From positions 124,001 to 188,000 of the forward strand of contig JBEUKZ010000129.1 in assembly GCA_048128005.1 (NCBI GenBank): 64,000 nucleotides of DNA, in the 5' to 3' direction. Shown in pieces: positions 13,780 to 28,000 of the stretch. Below the pieces are notes generated by a model. It was not told the DNA's origin and ran no database searches. It saw nothing but the letters and a program-made list of their open reading frames with translations. Made by a program: the position numbers and the translations under genes. The stretch is from Veleropilina oligotropha. Its lineage: Eukaryota. How positions within the stretch are numbered: position 1 is the first letter of the stretch; the number at the start of each line of letters is the position of its first letter.

Positions 13780-16318
13780 GTACGATATTTTGTGACGAAG
13801 GCTGGGTTTACCGAGAAGGAAAATGCTATTTGTTAGCATCAGATTCGCACTGTATTCAGCAGACCGCATCTGATATATGTATATCCCATTGCTCTAACCT
13901 CATCACAATTAATGATGAGGACGAGAACCATTTCACGCATAACGCAGCCGATTCCATCAACTGCTACCACATTGGACTTCGATATGTCAATGGAGGTGAG
14001 AACTATCACTATATTTAGTTTCATTTATCACATGTAACTGATGGTGATGTTTGAATTAATCAGTCACTTTGGCCAGTATCTTAGATTTCGCAAATGGTAT
14101 ACATGTACCAATGTAATAATACGCATAGAGACAGTTGAAAGCATACTTTCCTGGAAAGTGCTCGACTGATGTTCTGGTGACTTATATTTAAACAATAACA
14201 CGCACATAAATACACCACCAAATGATGTATGTTGCTCAATTCACGCATAATTAATGTTGGGTTAAATTAAGGTTAAACACGTTATATTTGGTTGAATCGA
14301 TATTGCATCAATGGCCCATTTTACCCCCCCCCCCCCCCCCCCCAGTGCCATATCAGACCATGCTAGAGGAAATCCTGGTCATCTGGGAAAACCCACCCGC
14401 CGTCCAGTTATCGACACCGGCGACTGTTTTCATTAAACAAAGAGGCCAGCCAATAATTCGAACCCACCCCTGGTGATCAAAGGCGTCAATCGATGACACT
14501 GGAGGCCTAGCCCTTATCCCGTACACTCTAAGGCGACCAAAAACGTTATGAATTGGTTGCGAAATCGATGATGAAGTTTACAGCCAAAGAAACTGCAGCG
14601 ATGTATCATGAACGGGTCATCGTATAAACGTCGTATTGGGCCCAAAGTGCTATGGCATTTGTTATAATATGAATGGAGACAGGGTTGGGGTCGAGGACTA
14701 ACGTTCCATTTAACGCCATCCAGAGTCTTACAAGGACAAGTCTATATTATATGACTGTTTTCTCCACACAGTCTCGGAGATGATTATTCGACACATTTGC
14801 AGCAACTATTTATCCCACAAAATCGGTGCATGCGAGAAAATTTAACACCAAAATATATACTGGGCTTTTCATTTATCAGTCCTGGCGTGGGAAGACGGCA
14901 CTGACAATGACTACAGCAAGGTGAAACTGATTGTTCTTCCTCCTGAAACCGACAGGATTGTGGTGTTTCGCCCTGATGAGGATATTTGGTTTTACAGACA
15001 GTCGGACCAACTCTGTGGCTACATCTGCGAAAAATCGCATACAGGTAAGACCATTTCTGTTGCGGCAGAATGGTTTGAACACGTGATCATAAACAAAATA
15101 GATTTCACGCAACCCTTTCCGCGCTGTGCTATTTAATCTTCATATGCATTGCCATAATGTTCATTATGAAGTCATTTATTGACAAAACATAACAGTTTAT
15201 CATTTGGCTGAATAAAATTTCGTTATACAACTCTATGTAATAGATACGGAACTCTTTTGGGCAAATAAAGGCGTGAAAAATATGCCGGGCGCCCAATTTA
15301 TCTCGAGATCCCAACTTAATATCTTGAGCGCCCAACATAATTATCAGATCCCGCAACTTAAAAACTTGGGTTCTCAACATAATTTATTGGGCGCCATAGA
15401 TACTAACGTTTTGAGTTCAATCCACGATCTTTAGAAATGGGTACCTGCTTGGCAGTAACGGACATTGTCAGTATGACAAGTCTGATCGCCTAACAGGTAA
15501 ATCGGCTGTGATACGCTCCGAGAGATGGAGTCTCGATATAACAGGGCGTTATTGATAACACTGCACAGCTGTGCTCTGTGTGCATATTTGTTCGTTGATA
15601 GAATGTGATGTAAATTGTTTATGTTTATCGTGCATTTCGTTCATGTAACGTCACTTGGTGTATAAACGCGTTGGTGTATACAACTGTATCACATTACACC
15701 AATAGTTAAGGTATAGGTGGGTTTATGGCGGTAAACACCGGTAAACCGTGATTCTCTTGGCCAATAGTCGTGACACTCGACTTATATTTTTTAAGCGATA
15801 GAACGAACCGCCGCTGGCATCGAACCCCAGACAAACTAACAGCTTACGATGAGTGTCTGACGCGCCAACCACTCACCCGGCGTCACCGAAACACATTTCA
15901 TATGTAACGTTATAAGCATATTATTATATGCATATAAAGCTTATTTAAATAACTTTGCTATGAATCATTTTGATGTATGCAATACACCTATATATCGAAC
16001 TAATTAACGGCATTAGTAGTTTACATTGTCACCGTAGAGGTTAACTAAGTCTCAGACGAATTACCAGGCTTCTTTATATTTTCAGGGATCGTACATGAAT
16101 CGATATTTTACATGCAGGGAGATTTATTTGGATTGGTAACAGGAGACCAAGTTCACGTCGACAGCAAGGCTGAGTGCGCCCTTTCGTGCAGCGGCCACGG
16201 GGAATGCTTGGCCTTCCACTTCGACGCGGCGGACAACCAGTGTACATTTGGAGTCGATAGGCTGCATAATGCATTGAACCCATACCCAGAATCTGTTTAC
16301 CAAATTCGTAAATTGTAA
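13780..16318 (+). CDS. C-type lectin domain + PAN/apple domain protein; exons 13780-13995, 14880-15044, 16086-16318 (5' exon not located)
   Basis: CTLD motifs C.EGW...EGKCY, A...C......L.TI....EN.F, HIGL, AWEDG, W...C.YICE. PAN motif V.SKAECALSC.....CLAFHF.....C. All introns are GT-AG, phase 1. Stop at 16316-16318 and AATAAA at 16348. Confidence 0.85.
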
Positions 16319-16849
16319 TGCAGCAAAATCGGATTGCCAGACTGTCGAATAAAACACAGACCCATCTTGTATTTTCAGTTCTCTGTGTTTACACGATAGC
16401 CAGAGCATTTCCTTACACTGTATACAAACACAGTCCATGTGTTTGTCACGTCGATGTATCTATGTGTTAACTCTAATGAATCCAATGTGGGTTAAGTTGG
16501 CTCCTTGCATACATTTGCATACCTGTCATCGCGAACTGCCCATAATAATGTGAAAGGAAAGCCCCTGGTGAAAAACACATTAGTTGGTAGAGCAACATTA
16601 GTGCACCTTAAATCTAAGAAAAATCTCATTTTAATTATGTTCAAGGGGTCATAGATTGGTATTGCTTTCCCATTAATAAACAAAGAGTGACTCTCTAATT
16701 GCGTTGTTTCGGGTAATCAAATAAGAAATAAATTCCCATGATGCACCAACATTTCGATACTGACTATATCTGGTAACGAAAGCTACAGATGATGTGACAT
16801 CTCTGGTGTTGTGGGTATGCAGAGCAACGCTTAAACGATCTGGATTTCA

Positions 16850-17915
16850 TTAGCCTGCTAGAATCGGATGGATCACCCGCCCAAGAACAACAGAAAGTCT
16901 GACGTGGCTAAATATCGTGACATGATCATCAACATTGGGAAGAAGGAGTACATATCGGCTAATTCTGCTGACTTTTCCCTTCAAGTCAAAGGTGAAGAAA
17001 TCAAGAAGGTATGATGCCAGACTGAAAGTGACCTGAAGAAAAGAAGATCTATGGCATGATGCGCTTTCTGGAGGCTTGAGAAAATGGGTAGAAGTAAAAA
17101 CATACCAGCGAAAATGAAGATCAAGCCCTTTAACATTTAATGTACGAGCGTCCTGTTTTATAGTTGCGAATCGTGGGTCAAAACGAAGAAGATGAAAGAC
17201 AGCACAACGCATTTAATACATAATGCCTGTGAGTGATGCTGGACACCAAACGCTCTGACACGCGTCAAATGCAACGTCAACGAAATGACAGGATTGATGT
17301 GTCCCATCCACCCTGTGGTCTCCAGCCGTATCTGGTTCCTCTCAGAATCCGAGCCAGTGCGCAAATATGCATTGTACATCACACGACATGGCGAGAGAAG
17401 GCCAGGCCGACAGAAAACGTTGTACTTCGATCACATTCAGGCGCTGATATGGCACGGAGACCGTCTGTCGGGACAGGAGGATATCTCCAGGCTGGCCTAG
17501 GATCATGCCAGGTGGAGAAGAACCGTGATCGCCAGCGCTAAAGCAACCGAACAATGATGATGAAGGAAACGAGCCGCAAGCCTGGCCTAGGATAATGCCA
17601 GGTGGAGAAGAACCGTGAACACCAGCGCTGAAGCAACCGAATAATGATGATGAAGGAAATGAGCCGCACGCCAGGTGGAGAAGAACCGTGATCGCCAGCG
17701 CTAAAGCAACCGAACAATGATGATGAAGGAAATGAGCCGCACGCCAGGTGGAGAAGAACCGTGATCGCCAGCGATAAAGCAGCCGGACAATGATGATGAA
17801 GGAGAAGAACCGTGATCGCCAGCGATAAAGCAGCCGGACAATGATGATGAAGGAGAAGAACCGTGATCGCCAGCGATAAAGCAGCCGAACAATGATGATG
17901 AAGGAAATGAGCCGT
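16850..17915 (+). mobile_element. Decayed RTE-like LINE 3' fragment with tandemly reiterated 3' end
   Basis: Frameshifted C-terminal remnants (EPVRKYALY...HGERRPGRQKTLY...D..RWRR) followed by several copies of GGAGAAGAACCGTGATCGCCAGCG...AATGATGATGAAGG (17510-17915). Confidence 0.55.
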
Positions 17916-18289
17916 ACCGGTTGCCAAGTGGATAAGAGCCCGGACGATGAATTCACACGGTTGACTGCTTTGTATATCAGGAGTGGGTTCGAACTCTCTT
18001 TGTTCAGTTACCAGTCACAGTTGTCCATACCTAGACTTGTTCAGAATAATGATTTTAGAGTTGATACAAGAAATAATCTGTAATTGGTAATTGGTACGAA
18101 TAGAGTTACAGATCAAGGAGTAACAGTGCCCTGCATTCTTCTGATACATTAATTTGGAAAACGAAGACGAGATCCATTGACATAGTAGTAACTAGTAGTA
18201 GCGCCACAATGCGGCCTCGGACGTCGCACCCAACATGGAGTCAGTTACTATGTTAAATTTTATTCATTGTAAGCGAAAAGGGGGAAATC

Positions 18290-18476
18290 CACGTAAGACT
18301 ACACGAAATTTATTGTAATGGTAGCGAATCCTGCTGAATTAGCACTGACCCAAATGCCCCTGGAATATATGCCTAACCCTAAGCTGTATATATATATATA
18401 TTCCATGGGCATTAGGGTCAGTGTTAGTTCAGCAGGGTTCGCTACCATTACAATAAATTTCGTGTAGTCTTACATG
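18290..18476. mobile_element. Fold-back MITE-like inverted repeat
   Basis: ~80-bp arms GTAAGACTACACGAAATTTATTGTAATGGTAGCGAA... and ...TTCGCTACCATTACAATAAATTTCGTGTAGTCTTAC around a short TA-rich spacer. Confidence 0.7.
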
Positions 18477-19066
18477 AAGGGCTTCCCAGAAAAGGAAGAG
18501 TATCTACAATCTATGAGATCTTCGTAGTATCAGTTATTTATCAATAATAATTTATAGGTGCGCGCGCATCGAACAATGATCGACGAGTCATATGGTAAGG
18601 AGATTGCGGGGTATAATAAATTTTCCATTGTATTACTTGCAAGTCATGTGGGAAATATGTTTGCTTTCAAATGACACCAATTTGTGCCATTTTTCTTCTC
18701 TTTCTTTATCTGCTTGAAACACTTCAATAATATGTTTCAAACTAATATTATGACAAACATGAATTTACATCTGCAGATTAAAGAAATGTTTTGCCAATCA
18801 TGTATGTTCATACCTATTTACATGACTCACGTGACGTCGTCATCGTAACGACCGCATATTGTTGGCCGTACCAGTTACCGTGTTTCCTTCGACGTTTTAA
18901 TGGTTCAATTGAGGTCTCTTGAAGAGGCGTTTACGATACCACATTACGCGCCATTTTGTTATTGGTTAATGTGTCATTTCCACACAGGTGGGACATTTAG
19001 ATCGTCAAAAGGATAAAAAAGAAAGAAACCACCTTTTACTTTGATCTGCTAATGATCATCTGCATA

Positions 19067-22000
19067 ATGGATTATCGTATCACTCTGAGTGTCTGTCTTA
19101 TGGTGTTGGCGAAACACGGTAAGTTGGCAGCGTTCATTATAAAAACAATTACTAGTATTCGATAATGAGAACAAACATCTGGCGCAATATAACAGTCGTG
19201 TCGTCATTATGAAGTTTTAGATTTAAACGTGTGGGCAATGTAGAGCAATATCTGAGATTTCTTGATGATTGCTTTATATAAATCAACATTGTATAAATAT
19301 TGCATTAGGAATTAGACTAAACTAAAAAAAATATTTTCTTCTCAAATTTAGTATGAGTATGCAGTAGTTTTTATGGCTTGAGGTGCTGTGATATCCTTAT
19401 AAAAATACCCCAACGTAAAAACTGCAATATATGCAATTAAAGAACATTACTTATGGACATATCTTTCGGATAATGCACAAATCATCATGCTTGCGAGACA
19501 TTACGTTATATCATGGATAAGCATAAATTTTATAATAATATCTTGAACTTTAACAGACATATACATTATAAATATTTAGCACAGTTAACATACTTTAAAG
19601 TTGCATTGCCGGTAAGTAGCGAAAATGCTTTTAATTTTAAACCCTAGACCACAAATTTATTTTTACCAGTTATCCAAAGTTAGAAACTGCAATTTTTCGA
19701 AAAAATTCTATAGCCGGGGTCCCGGGAGCGCCTTCGGATTAAAAAATAATTAAACCGGGTCTGGTTTTATTATGGGAAACGGACATTTTGCTGAAAGAAA
19801 TTTCGTCAAGTTGGCCACTGCCGAAGTTAACTTTGGAATTGTGAAAAGTTTAGCTGTAACATTATAAAATCGGTGCAGTCATATGTGTCACGAAAAAAAA
19901 CGCTGATCAATGGTATTTATATTATGTCTTACTTTATTTCTTTGCTTATTTGGTCAATTTCGTTTCCAACGTTAAATATGTTTGATGATTAGTTGGTAGC
20001 ATCGAATTTACAATAAATAAATAAAAACATTGATTTCGGATGAATATATCGACTCCTAAACTTAGAAGTGGCTTCTTCGATAACCCGATATCCATTCCGT
20101 ATCGTTACGATTGGTTTCGATACAGCAACTGCATCAGCAAGTCTCAATAGGATTGTTTTGCGTATTTTCATGCCACATATGCAGTATTTTTATACATTAC
20201 AAATTTTAAATAATGTCTGACATGTAACTTTCAATGATCATTTGTGTAAATCACAGAAAATACATGCGGGGATCAACCTCTGGCTGTAGATAGTTTTCAT
20301 CCAACACATAAAACAAAGTGCGTAATAAACGAGGCTGTAAATTAATAAAAATGGGACAAGTGCTACAATCACTCGATAATTATTATTTATTTACATCGGT
20401 CAACGTCTTACCATGTAGATATAACAGCGTTTATTGCTTTGCGAATAATTATGGTTTCGCGAAACGAAAATTTCTGTGTAGTGCTTTTCGTGCGATATTT
20501 CCTTATGGCTTTATGCTGGCAGAAAAACGACAAATATTCTATATCAAAGTCCTTCAATTATCATGCCGTGAAACTCACGCGAGTCCATATTTATACGATA
20601 TTTTTACCATTGACCAGAACTTTAGTAAGATTGCGTTTACAGTTATCTAAGGACTCTATGGCGGAATAATTACAGATTTTGTGAATAACCATAATTATCT
20701 TGGTTTTTCGCGAGTATCACTTGTTCTGATTAGATGAGAGTTCAACTTCGTCTGCTATGTCATGAGTCTTTTGTTTGTGAATGGATATCGTCAGCTGTTT
20801 GGGGCCGATCCTATGATATCATCACCTGTTCGGGGCCGATCCTATGATATCATCACCTGTTTGGGGCCGATCCTATGATATCATCACCTGTTTGGGGTCG
20901 ATCCTATGATATCAGCAGCTGTTTGGTGTCGATCCTATGATAGCATCAGCTGTTTGGGGTCGATCCTATGATATCATCACCTGTTTGGGGTCGATCCTAT
21001 GATATCATCACCTGTTTGGGGCCGATCCTATGATATCATCACCTGTTTGGGGTCGATCCTATGATATCAGCAGCTGTTTGGGGCCGATCCTATGGATATC
21101 ATCAGCTGTTTGGGGCCGATCCTATGATATCATCACCTGTTTGGGGTCGATCCTATGATATCATCACCTGTTTGGGGTCGATCCTATGATATCAGCAGCT
21201 GTTTGGGGTCGATCCTATGATATCATCAGCTGTTTGGGGCCGATCCTATGATATCATCAGCTGTTTGGGGTCGATCCTATGATATCAGCAGCTGTTTGGG
21301 GCCGATCCTATGGATATCATCAGCTGTTTGGGGCCGATCCTATGGACATCATCAGCTGTTTGGGGTCGATCCTATGGATATCAGCAGCTGTTAGGGGCCG
21401 ATCATGTATGGATATCATCAGCGGTTTGGGGCCGATCCTATGGATATCATCAGCTGTTTGGGGCCGATCCTATGGATATCATCAGCTGTTTGGGGCCGAT
21501 CCTATGGATATCATCAGCTGTTTGGGACCGATCCTATGTATACCATCAGCTGTTTGGGGCCGATCCTATGGATACCATCATATTGTCTGCTATAAGATGT
21601 CACGAGTCTTTTCTTTGTGAATGGATATCGTCTGCTGTTTGGGGCCGATCCTGTGACTTTCTTCAGCTGCCTGGGGCCGATCCCATGGACATCGTCAGCT
21701 GTTTGGGGTCGATCCTATGATTTTCTTCAGCTTTTCGCAGACAGTTATGGACAAATGTAACAGTTAAATTGAACAAATAGTTCAGCCAAGGATTCGAATC
21801 CACTCCTGTTAATCGCAACAGTCAGGAGAGTAAATTGAGAGTCCATCATATTCATTATATAATCCGGCGGCCTATTGCTCACATGATAACCGCTCGTATC
21901 AAACTGGCCGCCGTGGGATAACGTTAATTAGTATGGCATAGAAAACGTGGATCGATTGACGAGACCCGTGATATTAACAAATACGGACATCATCTGAAAC

Positions 22001-25000
22001 GTATAACGCAGACGTTTAACATATATTGCTCCACTGGCCATCGGTTAACATATTGCTCATTTGGCGTTCGGTTAACATATTGCTCCATTGTCGTTCGGTT
22101 AACATATTGCTCCATTGGCGATCGTTTAACATATTGCTCCAATGACGGTCGTTTAGTATATATATTGCTCCATTGGCGATCGTTTAACATATTGTTCCAA
22201 TGACGGTCGTTTAACATGTTTCTCCAATGGCGATCGTTTAACATTTTGCTCTAATGGCGATCATTTAACATATTGCTCAAATGCCGATCGTTTAACATAT
22301 TGCTCCATTGGTGTACGTTTAGCATATTTCTCCATTGGCGTTCGTTTAACATATTGTTCCATTGGCGTACGCTTAGCATATTGTTCCATTGGCAAACGTT
22401 TAACATATGGCTCCATTGGCGTTCGTTTAACATATGGCCCCATTGGCGTTCGTTTAGCATATTGCTCCATTGGCGTTCGTTTAACATATATCTCCATTGG
22501 CGTTCTTTAGCATATTGCTCCTTTGGCGTACGTTCAGCATATTGCTACATTGGCGTTCGTTTAACATATATCTCCATTGGCGTTCGTTCAGCATATTGCT
22601 CCATTGGCGTTCTTTAGCATATTGCTCCATTGGCGTTCGTTTAACATATATCTCCATTGGCGTTTGTTTAACATATATCTCCATTGGCGTTCTTTAGCAT
22701 ATTGCTCCATTGGCGTTCGTTTAACATATTGCCCCATTGGCGTTCGTTTAACATATTGCTCCATTGACGTACGTTTAACATATATCTCCATTGGCGTTCT
22801 TTAGCATATTGCTCCATTGGCGTTCGTTTAGCATATTGCTCCATTGGCGTTCGTTTAACATATTGCTCCATTGACGTACGTTTAACATAAATCTCCATTG
22901 GCGTTCGTTTAGCATATTGCTCCATTGGCGTTCGTTTAACATATTGCTCCATTGACGTACGTTTAACATATATCTCCATTGGCGTTCGTTTAACGTATAT
23001 CTTCATTGGCGTTCTTTAGCATATTGCTCCATTGACGTACGTTTAACATATATTCTGCTCCCTATCCTAGTAAAGTTGATAAACAGCAGTCTTCAATTAT
23101 CAAAAGTTCCTCGGACCTTCAAAGCAGCGGCCATTAAACCCCTAATGAAGAAGACAGGTATGGATCCAAATGACTGCAAAAGTTTTCGTCCCGTCTCAAA
23201 CCTACCATATGTATCCAAACTTCTTGAGAGGGTTGTTGCTAAACAGTTGGTTCACCATCTTACGTCCCATGACTTACTTGACAGTTTCCAATCTGCTTAT
23301 CGTCCAGGCCACAGCTGTGAGACAGCTGTGCTCCGTGTTTTGAATGACATTCTCTGCAGTGCCGACAGCGGTGATCTAACACTTCTTGTCCTATTGGATC
23401 TTAGCGCTGCTTTTGATGTTATCAATCACGAACTTCTCCTGTCCCGCCTTTCCAATGAAGCTGGTGTTACTGGAAGCGCTCTACAGTGGTTTCATTCATA
23501 TCTGACCGATAGGACTCAGCGGGTTATTGTCAATAGCGCCTCCTCTGAAGACAGACCTTTGTGTTGCGGTGTTCCCCAGGGCTCTGTTTTAGGGCCGATT
23601 TTATTCACCGTTTACACATGTCAGCTCGGTAGAATTATCGAGGATCATGGTTTAAGTCGCAAATTGTTCGCGGACGACACGGAAATGTACCAGAGTTTCC
23701 ATCCGGATCCTGCCTCTGCGGATGCAGCTGTTTATGCAGTTGAGAGGTGCGCTCTCGCTGTGAAGTCATGGATGACAGCAAATAGACTGAAACTAAATGA
23801 TAGTAAAACGGAGGCCATCATCTGCGGTTCTGAAGCCAACCTCCAGAAAGTTGAAATTAATTCTATCAGAGTCGGCAGCTCGGATATCATGTTGTCAGAC
23901 ACAGTCAGGGATCTTGGGTTTTTCATTGACAGCAGACTCAAACTAACTTATCATGTTAGTACTGTGGTCAGGTCATGCTTTTATCAACTTCGTGCCCTGG
24001 GTCGGCTGCGCCCACAACTCAACAAGAGAACAGCAAATGCGGTGGCAGTCGCTCTCATCCAGTCTCGTTTAGACTATTGCAACAGCTGTTTGTGGGGTCT
24101 TCCTCAAAACCAGCTTCAAAGGCTTCAAAAAGTTCAGAACACTGCGGCCCGAATTGTGTCCCGAATTAAACGATCTCAACACATAACTCCAGTTCTAAGG
24201 GATTTGCACTGGCTGCCGGTAAAGAAGCGGATTGACCACAAGCTTCTGTCACTCACCTACAGTTGTTTGGAGGGTTCTGCTCCTGTCTACCTCCAGGATC
24301 TAATTTCAAGACATGAGCCATCTCGGGCACTGCGGTCAGCTTCAAAGTCCTTACTCAAGGTTCCTGGTGCCCATAGGCATAAGAGAAAGACACTTGGAGC
24401 TCGTTCCTTTGAATGTGCAGCACCTGGCCTATGGAACAGCCTTCCCTTATCTCTCAGGGAATGCGACTCTAAGATGTCATTTAAGAGGCAACTAAAAACA
24501 TTTCTGTTTGAATAACAAACAAAAAAAACAGCAACAAAAAAATAACTTTTATCTCATTATATTCAAATGCAACTTGGACTCAGAGCGCACCGAGCAGGTT
24601 TTCATTACATGGAAGAAATGCGCTATAGAAGTGTCCATCATCATCATCATCATCATATCTCCATTGGCGTTCGTGCAGCATGTTGCTCCATTGGCGTTCT
24701 TTAACATATTGCTTCAGTGGCATTCGTTTAACATATCGCTTCAGTGGTGTTGTTTAACATATTACTTCAGTGGCGTTGTTTAACATATTACTTCAAGCCA
24801 TTACAGTACGGTACCATGTTTTCCTTATTTGTACAAGATATGCCGCTGTGTGCACATACTACTTAACGTTATCCTGAGGTGGCGAGTTTGATGCGTACGT
24901 TTATCCTGTGAGCTTTGAAAATTATCATAGGGAACACGTAAATTATCATAGAGAACACGTAAATTATCATAGGGAACACGTAAATTATCATAGGGAACAC

Positions 25001-28000
25001 GTAAATTATCACAGGGAACACGTAAATTGCACGTTTCGGTTTATTCCAAGCGCAAATTAACCGGGATATTCGAAAAGCTGAGGAATAGTTCAGTCATATA
25101 CGAAATGAACATAATGATGCTTACCAAAATACTATGGTAGGCCTAATTGTTACGATCTCTTTAATATATTAACAATCTTATTAAATCTGAATCAATTGGA
25201 ACCGTCGAAATGTTGTGTTCTCGCAGATAAAAATATACATAGGCTACATAAGTTTTATCTGTTTGTTTTATTGTATCTGGTTGCAATTTTTTGAAGATGG
25301 TGTGCCGAAATATGCACTCATGTGACACAGTGCAATATCGTTTTGGGTCCACGTAAAATGAATACTTTTTCTAAGAGTCAGTTTAGCATTTATGTTCCTC
25401 TTTGGTCAGGATGTACGTCCTGTCCGTATGTCATCGAATGGACCATACTCGCCGTGATTTGTTATTGCTCTAATAATTCAGACCAGTGTCCGGTTTTATG
25501 GGCCAGGCACAGGAATAGTTAAAGGACTAAACAGTTGATTGTTTCTTAGATGAACGGAATATGCTAGTTATGGCCGACGTAACGCCTTGTGTCATATGTC
25601 ACCTCAATACGGTAGGAAGCAATTTGAAAGTGGTGCGATTAAAGGAATGTCGGTTTACGCGGACGATGGTAAACCTAGTCCTGGACTAGACCTACGCCTA
25701 GCTCAGATGACTGGAATAATGACTGCCAGAATTGATTATCTCTATGTGTTTTAAATTGCAAGCCCACGTTACTGTACATGCAGTAGGCTTAGTAATTACT
25801 GTTCACCGGAATATTTCACGCATGCCAAAATACTGAATGCGTAGCAACAAATCATTATATCTGTCAATAATATAGAGTGTCTGTATAAATTTCATCTTTG
25901 TGTTCAATATGGTCTTCTTTCAGTGTCGGCCCTGTCGTTTGTAGTGACGCCTTCCACGGGTGGCGTCGTGGGTCACCTGAACAACGTGAAGCTGCGCTGC
26001 ACAGAAACAAATCTTCCCGAAGATGATAGAATTCACCACTTTACGATATCTAAGTTAAACGGTGGCATTTGGTCCAGATTGGTTTATTTTGACGACCGCG
26101 AGACGATTTGGACAGACACCGCACTGCAAAACCGCGCGAGAATAACAGGCGATTTGGAATTGAATCGCTATATCGAGCTCGAATTTACAACCCTGCAGTG
26201 CCTAGACCGGGGGCAATACAGATGCGAGAGCTCAAACATTGACGAAATAAAGGAATCGCAAAGCGCTGAATTATATGTCAACGGTAAGTTTAACACCAAA
26301 AAGGCAGAAATGTGCTGAAACAGTACCACTCACAATTATGGATGGTAGGTTGGTAACATGTGTGAGTTCGGGGCTCATTGGCGACTCAAATTAAAAAAAG
26401 AATGTCCATGTTGGTACATAATAATATCCTCATTACACAGAATTAATATGGGTTTAGAAAGTGAATTACTGCTACTCATATAAATTTAAAAACTCCGTTT
26501 AGTTGCCTGGTCATCAATAGCCTGTCTTGCCTCATCCATGTGTTTTATAATTAGGTCATCAGTGACAAAATATCAGTATAAAAGTCATACCGTTTCGGGT
26601 TAAAATATTTAAAGGGGCACTTAATCTTTATACCCTAAAACACATCTCACATTTTAGTAGTTCCCACAGCTCGGTTATGATTTTACGCTTTTCTAAGATG
26701 ACTTGTTCATGTTTCTTGACAAAATTAAGTCGCGAGTCTATCGCACGCTGGAAATCTAAGCGCAGTTATTTTCCTTGAATTTCCGTGTATACGTGCTCAT
26801 TTAAGGTCCCTAATCACGGAGTCACGCGACCTTCTCACGAGAAACGAGATTTCCCTTTATATTTGCATACACCTATTGAAAAGGACCAGCAATTCGTGTT
26901 GGGAAAACATCTATAATATATTATAGTCGTTTGTTAAATTATCACTGTACTCGATTGGGGCAATGGCTTTAATGGCTTTCTTAGCTAACTTAACCGTCTG
27001 TTGTCCATAACTGGCAGGAGAGAGTGGGTTTCACTGCGATCGGGCTTTCCTTATGCGATAATACGGAATGTCCTATAAGGTACAAGATGGGTTGTTAAAA
27101 AGAAGACATTAACCATCGATTCAAATAAAACCCTACTGAAAGGTTCGCGACCAGTATGTACTTTACTCACCAAATCATTGATGCTCTCTTTCCCAGCCGT
27201 CCCGTCCTCCGTTTATATGACCAGTAACCCCATGGAAGACGCCAGTGGACTTCTACACGTGGACCCTAATGAGAGGGTAGTGCTGACCTGCCAAGGTCAG
27301 GTGGGGAGCCCGCCGGGATCGATGGTTTGGTACATGCGTCATTCTTCGGCCGAAAACTTCTTGCCGTACAACACGAACGTCACAGACGGTATCCTTATAC
27401 CGGACGACAGCAACTGCCAGAACCAAATGTCGAGCGACTTGATCCTCTACCCGCCCACGACTTGGCCGCAGTTCATCTTCATCTGCAACGTCAGCAACAG
27501 TGTGAACAGCGAACCGATTTCGTCAACCCTTACCGTGGCCGTCAGAGGTAGGTTCACTCTCCAGTCAAAAACAGTAAGAATACTGATTACTCTATGCGTG
27601 AAGGAAACCGAAATTACGTCTCTGCACAGGAGAGTAAGGTAGGTCGGGATATATGTACTGATAGCCTGAGTTGACGGTACATTCCAATGTTGATATTACC
27701 TTGGTGTTGTCGCAATGTCACAAATATCAGTCATTTTTTACAATATTGATCGCAAGTGTCCCAAAACTCCTCGCTGCATTTGTCACACATTTTCACTCTA
27801 AATGTCACAATGCGACATTCCCGCATATGTCACAATATTTAAATGCAACTGTCGGGTCATATTAGTTGAAGTTTGATATATGAAATGATTGGATACCCCT
27901 TACATCGGGTCCTGTTGTAATTTAAAATACAGTTTGGTACTAATTCTGCGGATCTGCATTCCGATGCGGATTATCTTTGAGGAAGACCTAGCCTAGGGTG

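Larger units (their letters stand above)
22010..24795. repeat. 26/27-bp minisatellite (CCATTGGCGTTCGTTTAACATATTGCT), split by a LINE
   Basis: Array runs 22010-23053 and resumes 24657-24795. Spurious ORFs show 9-aa periodicity. Confidence 0.95.

Noticed and set aside
20785..23053. Regular 27-32-bp repeats resembling a CRISPR array, and many repeat-encoded ORFs
   Set aside because: Units are head-to-tail with no unique spacers, there are no cas genes, and the context is a eukaryotic intron.
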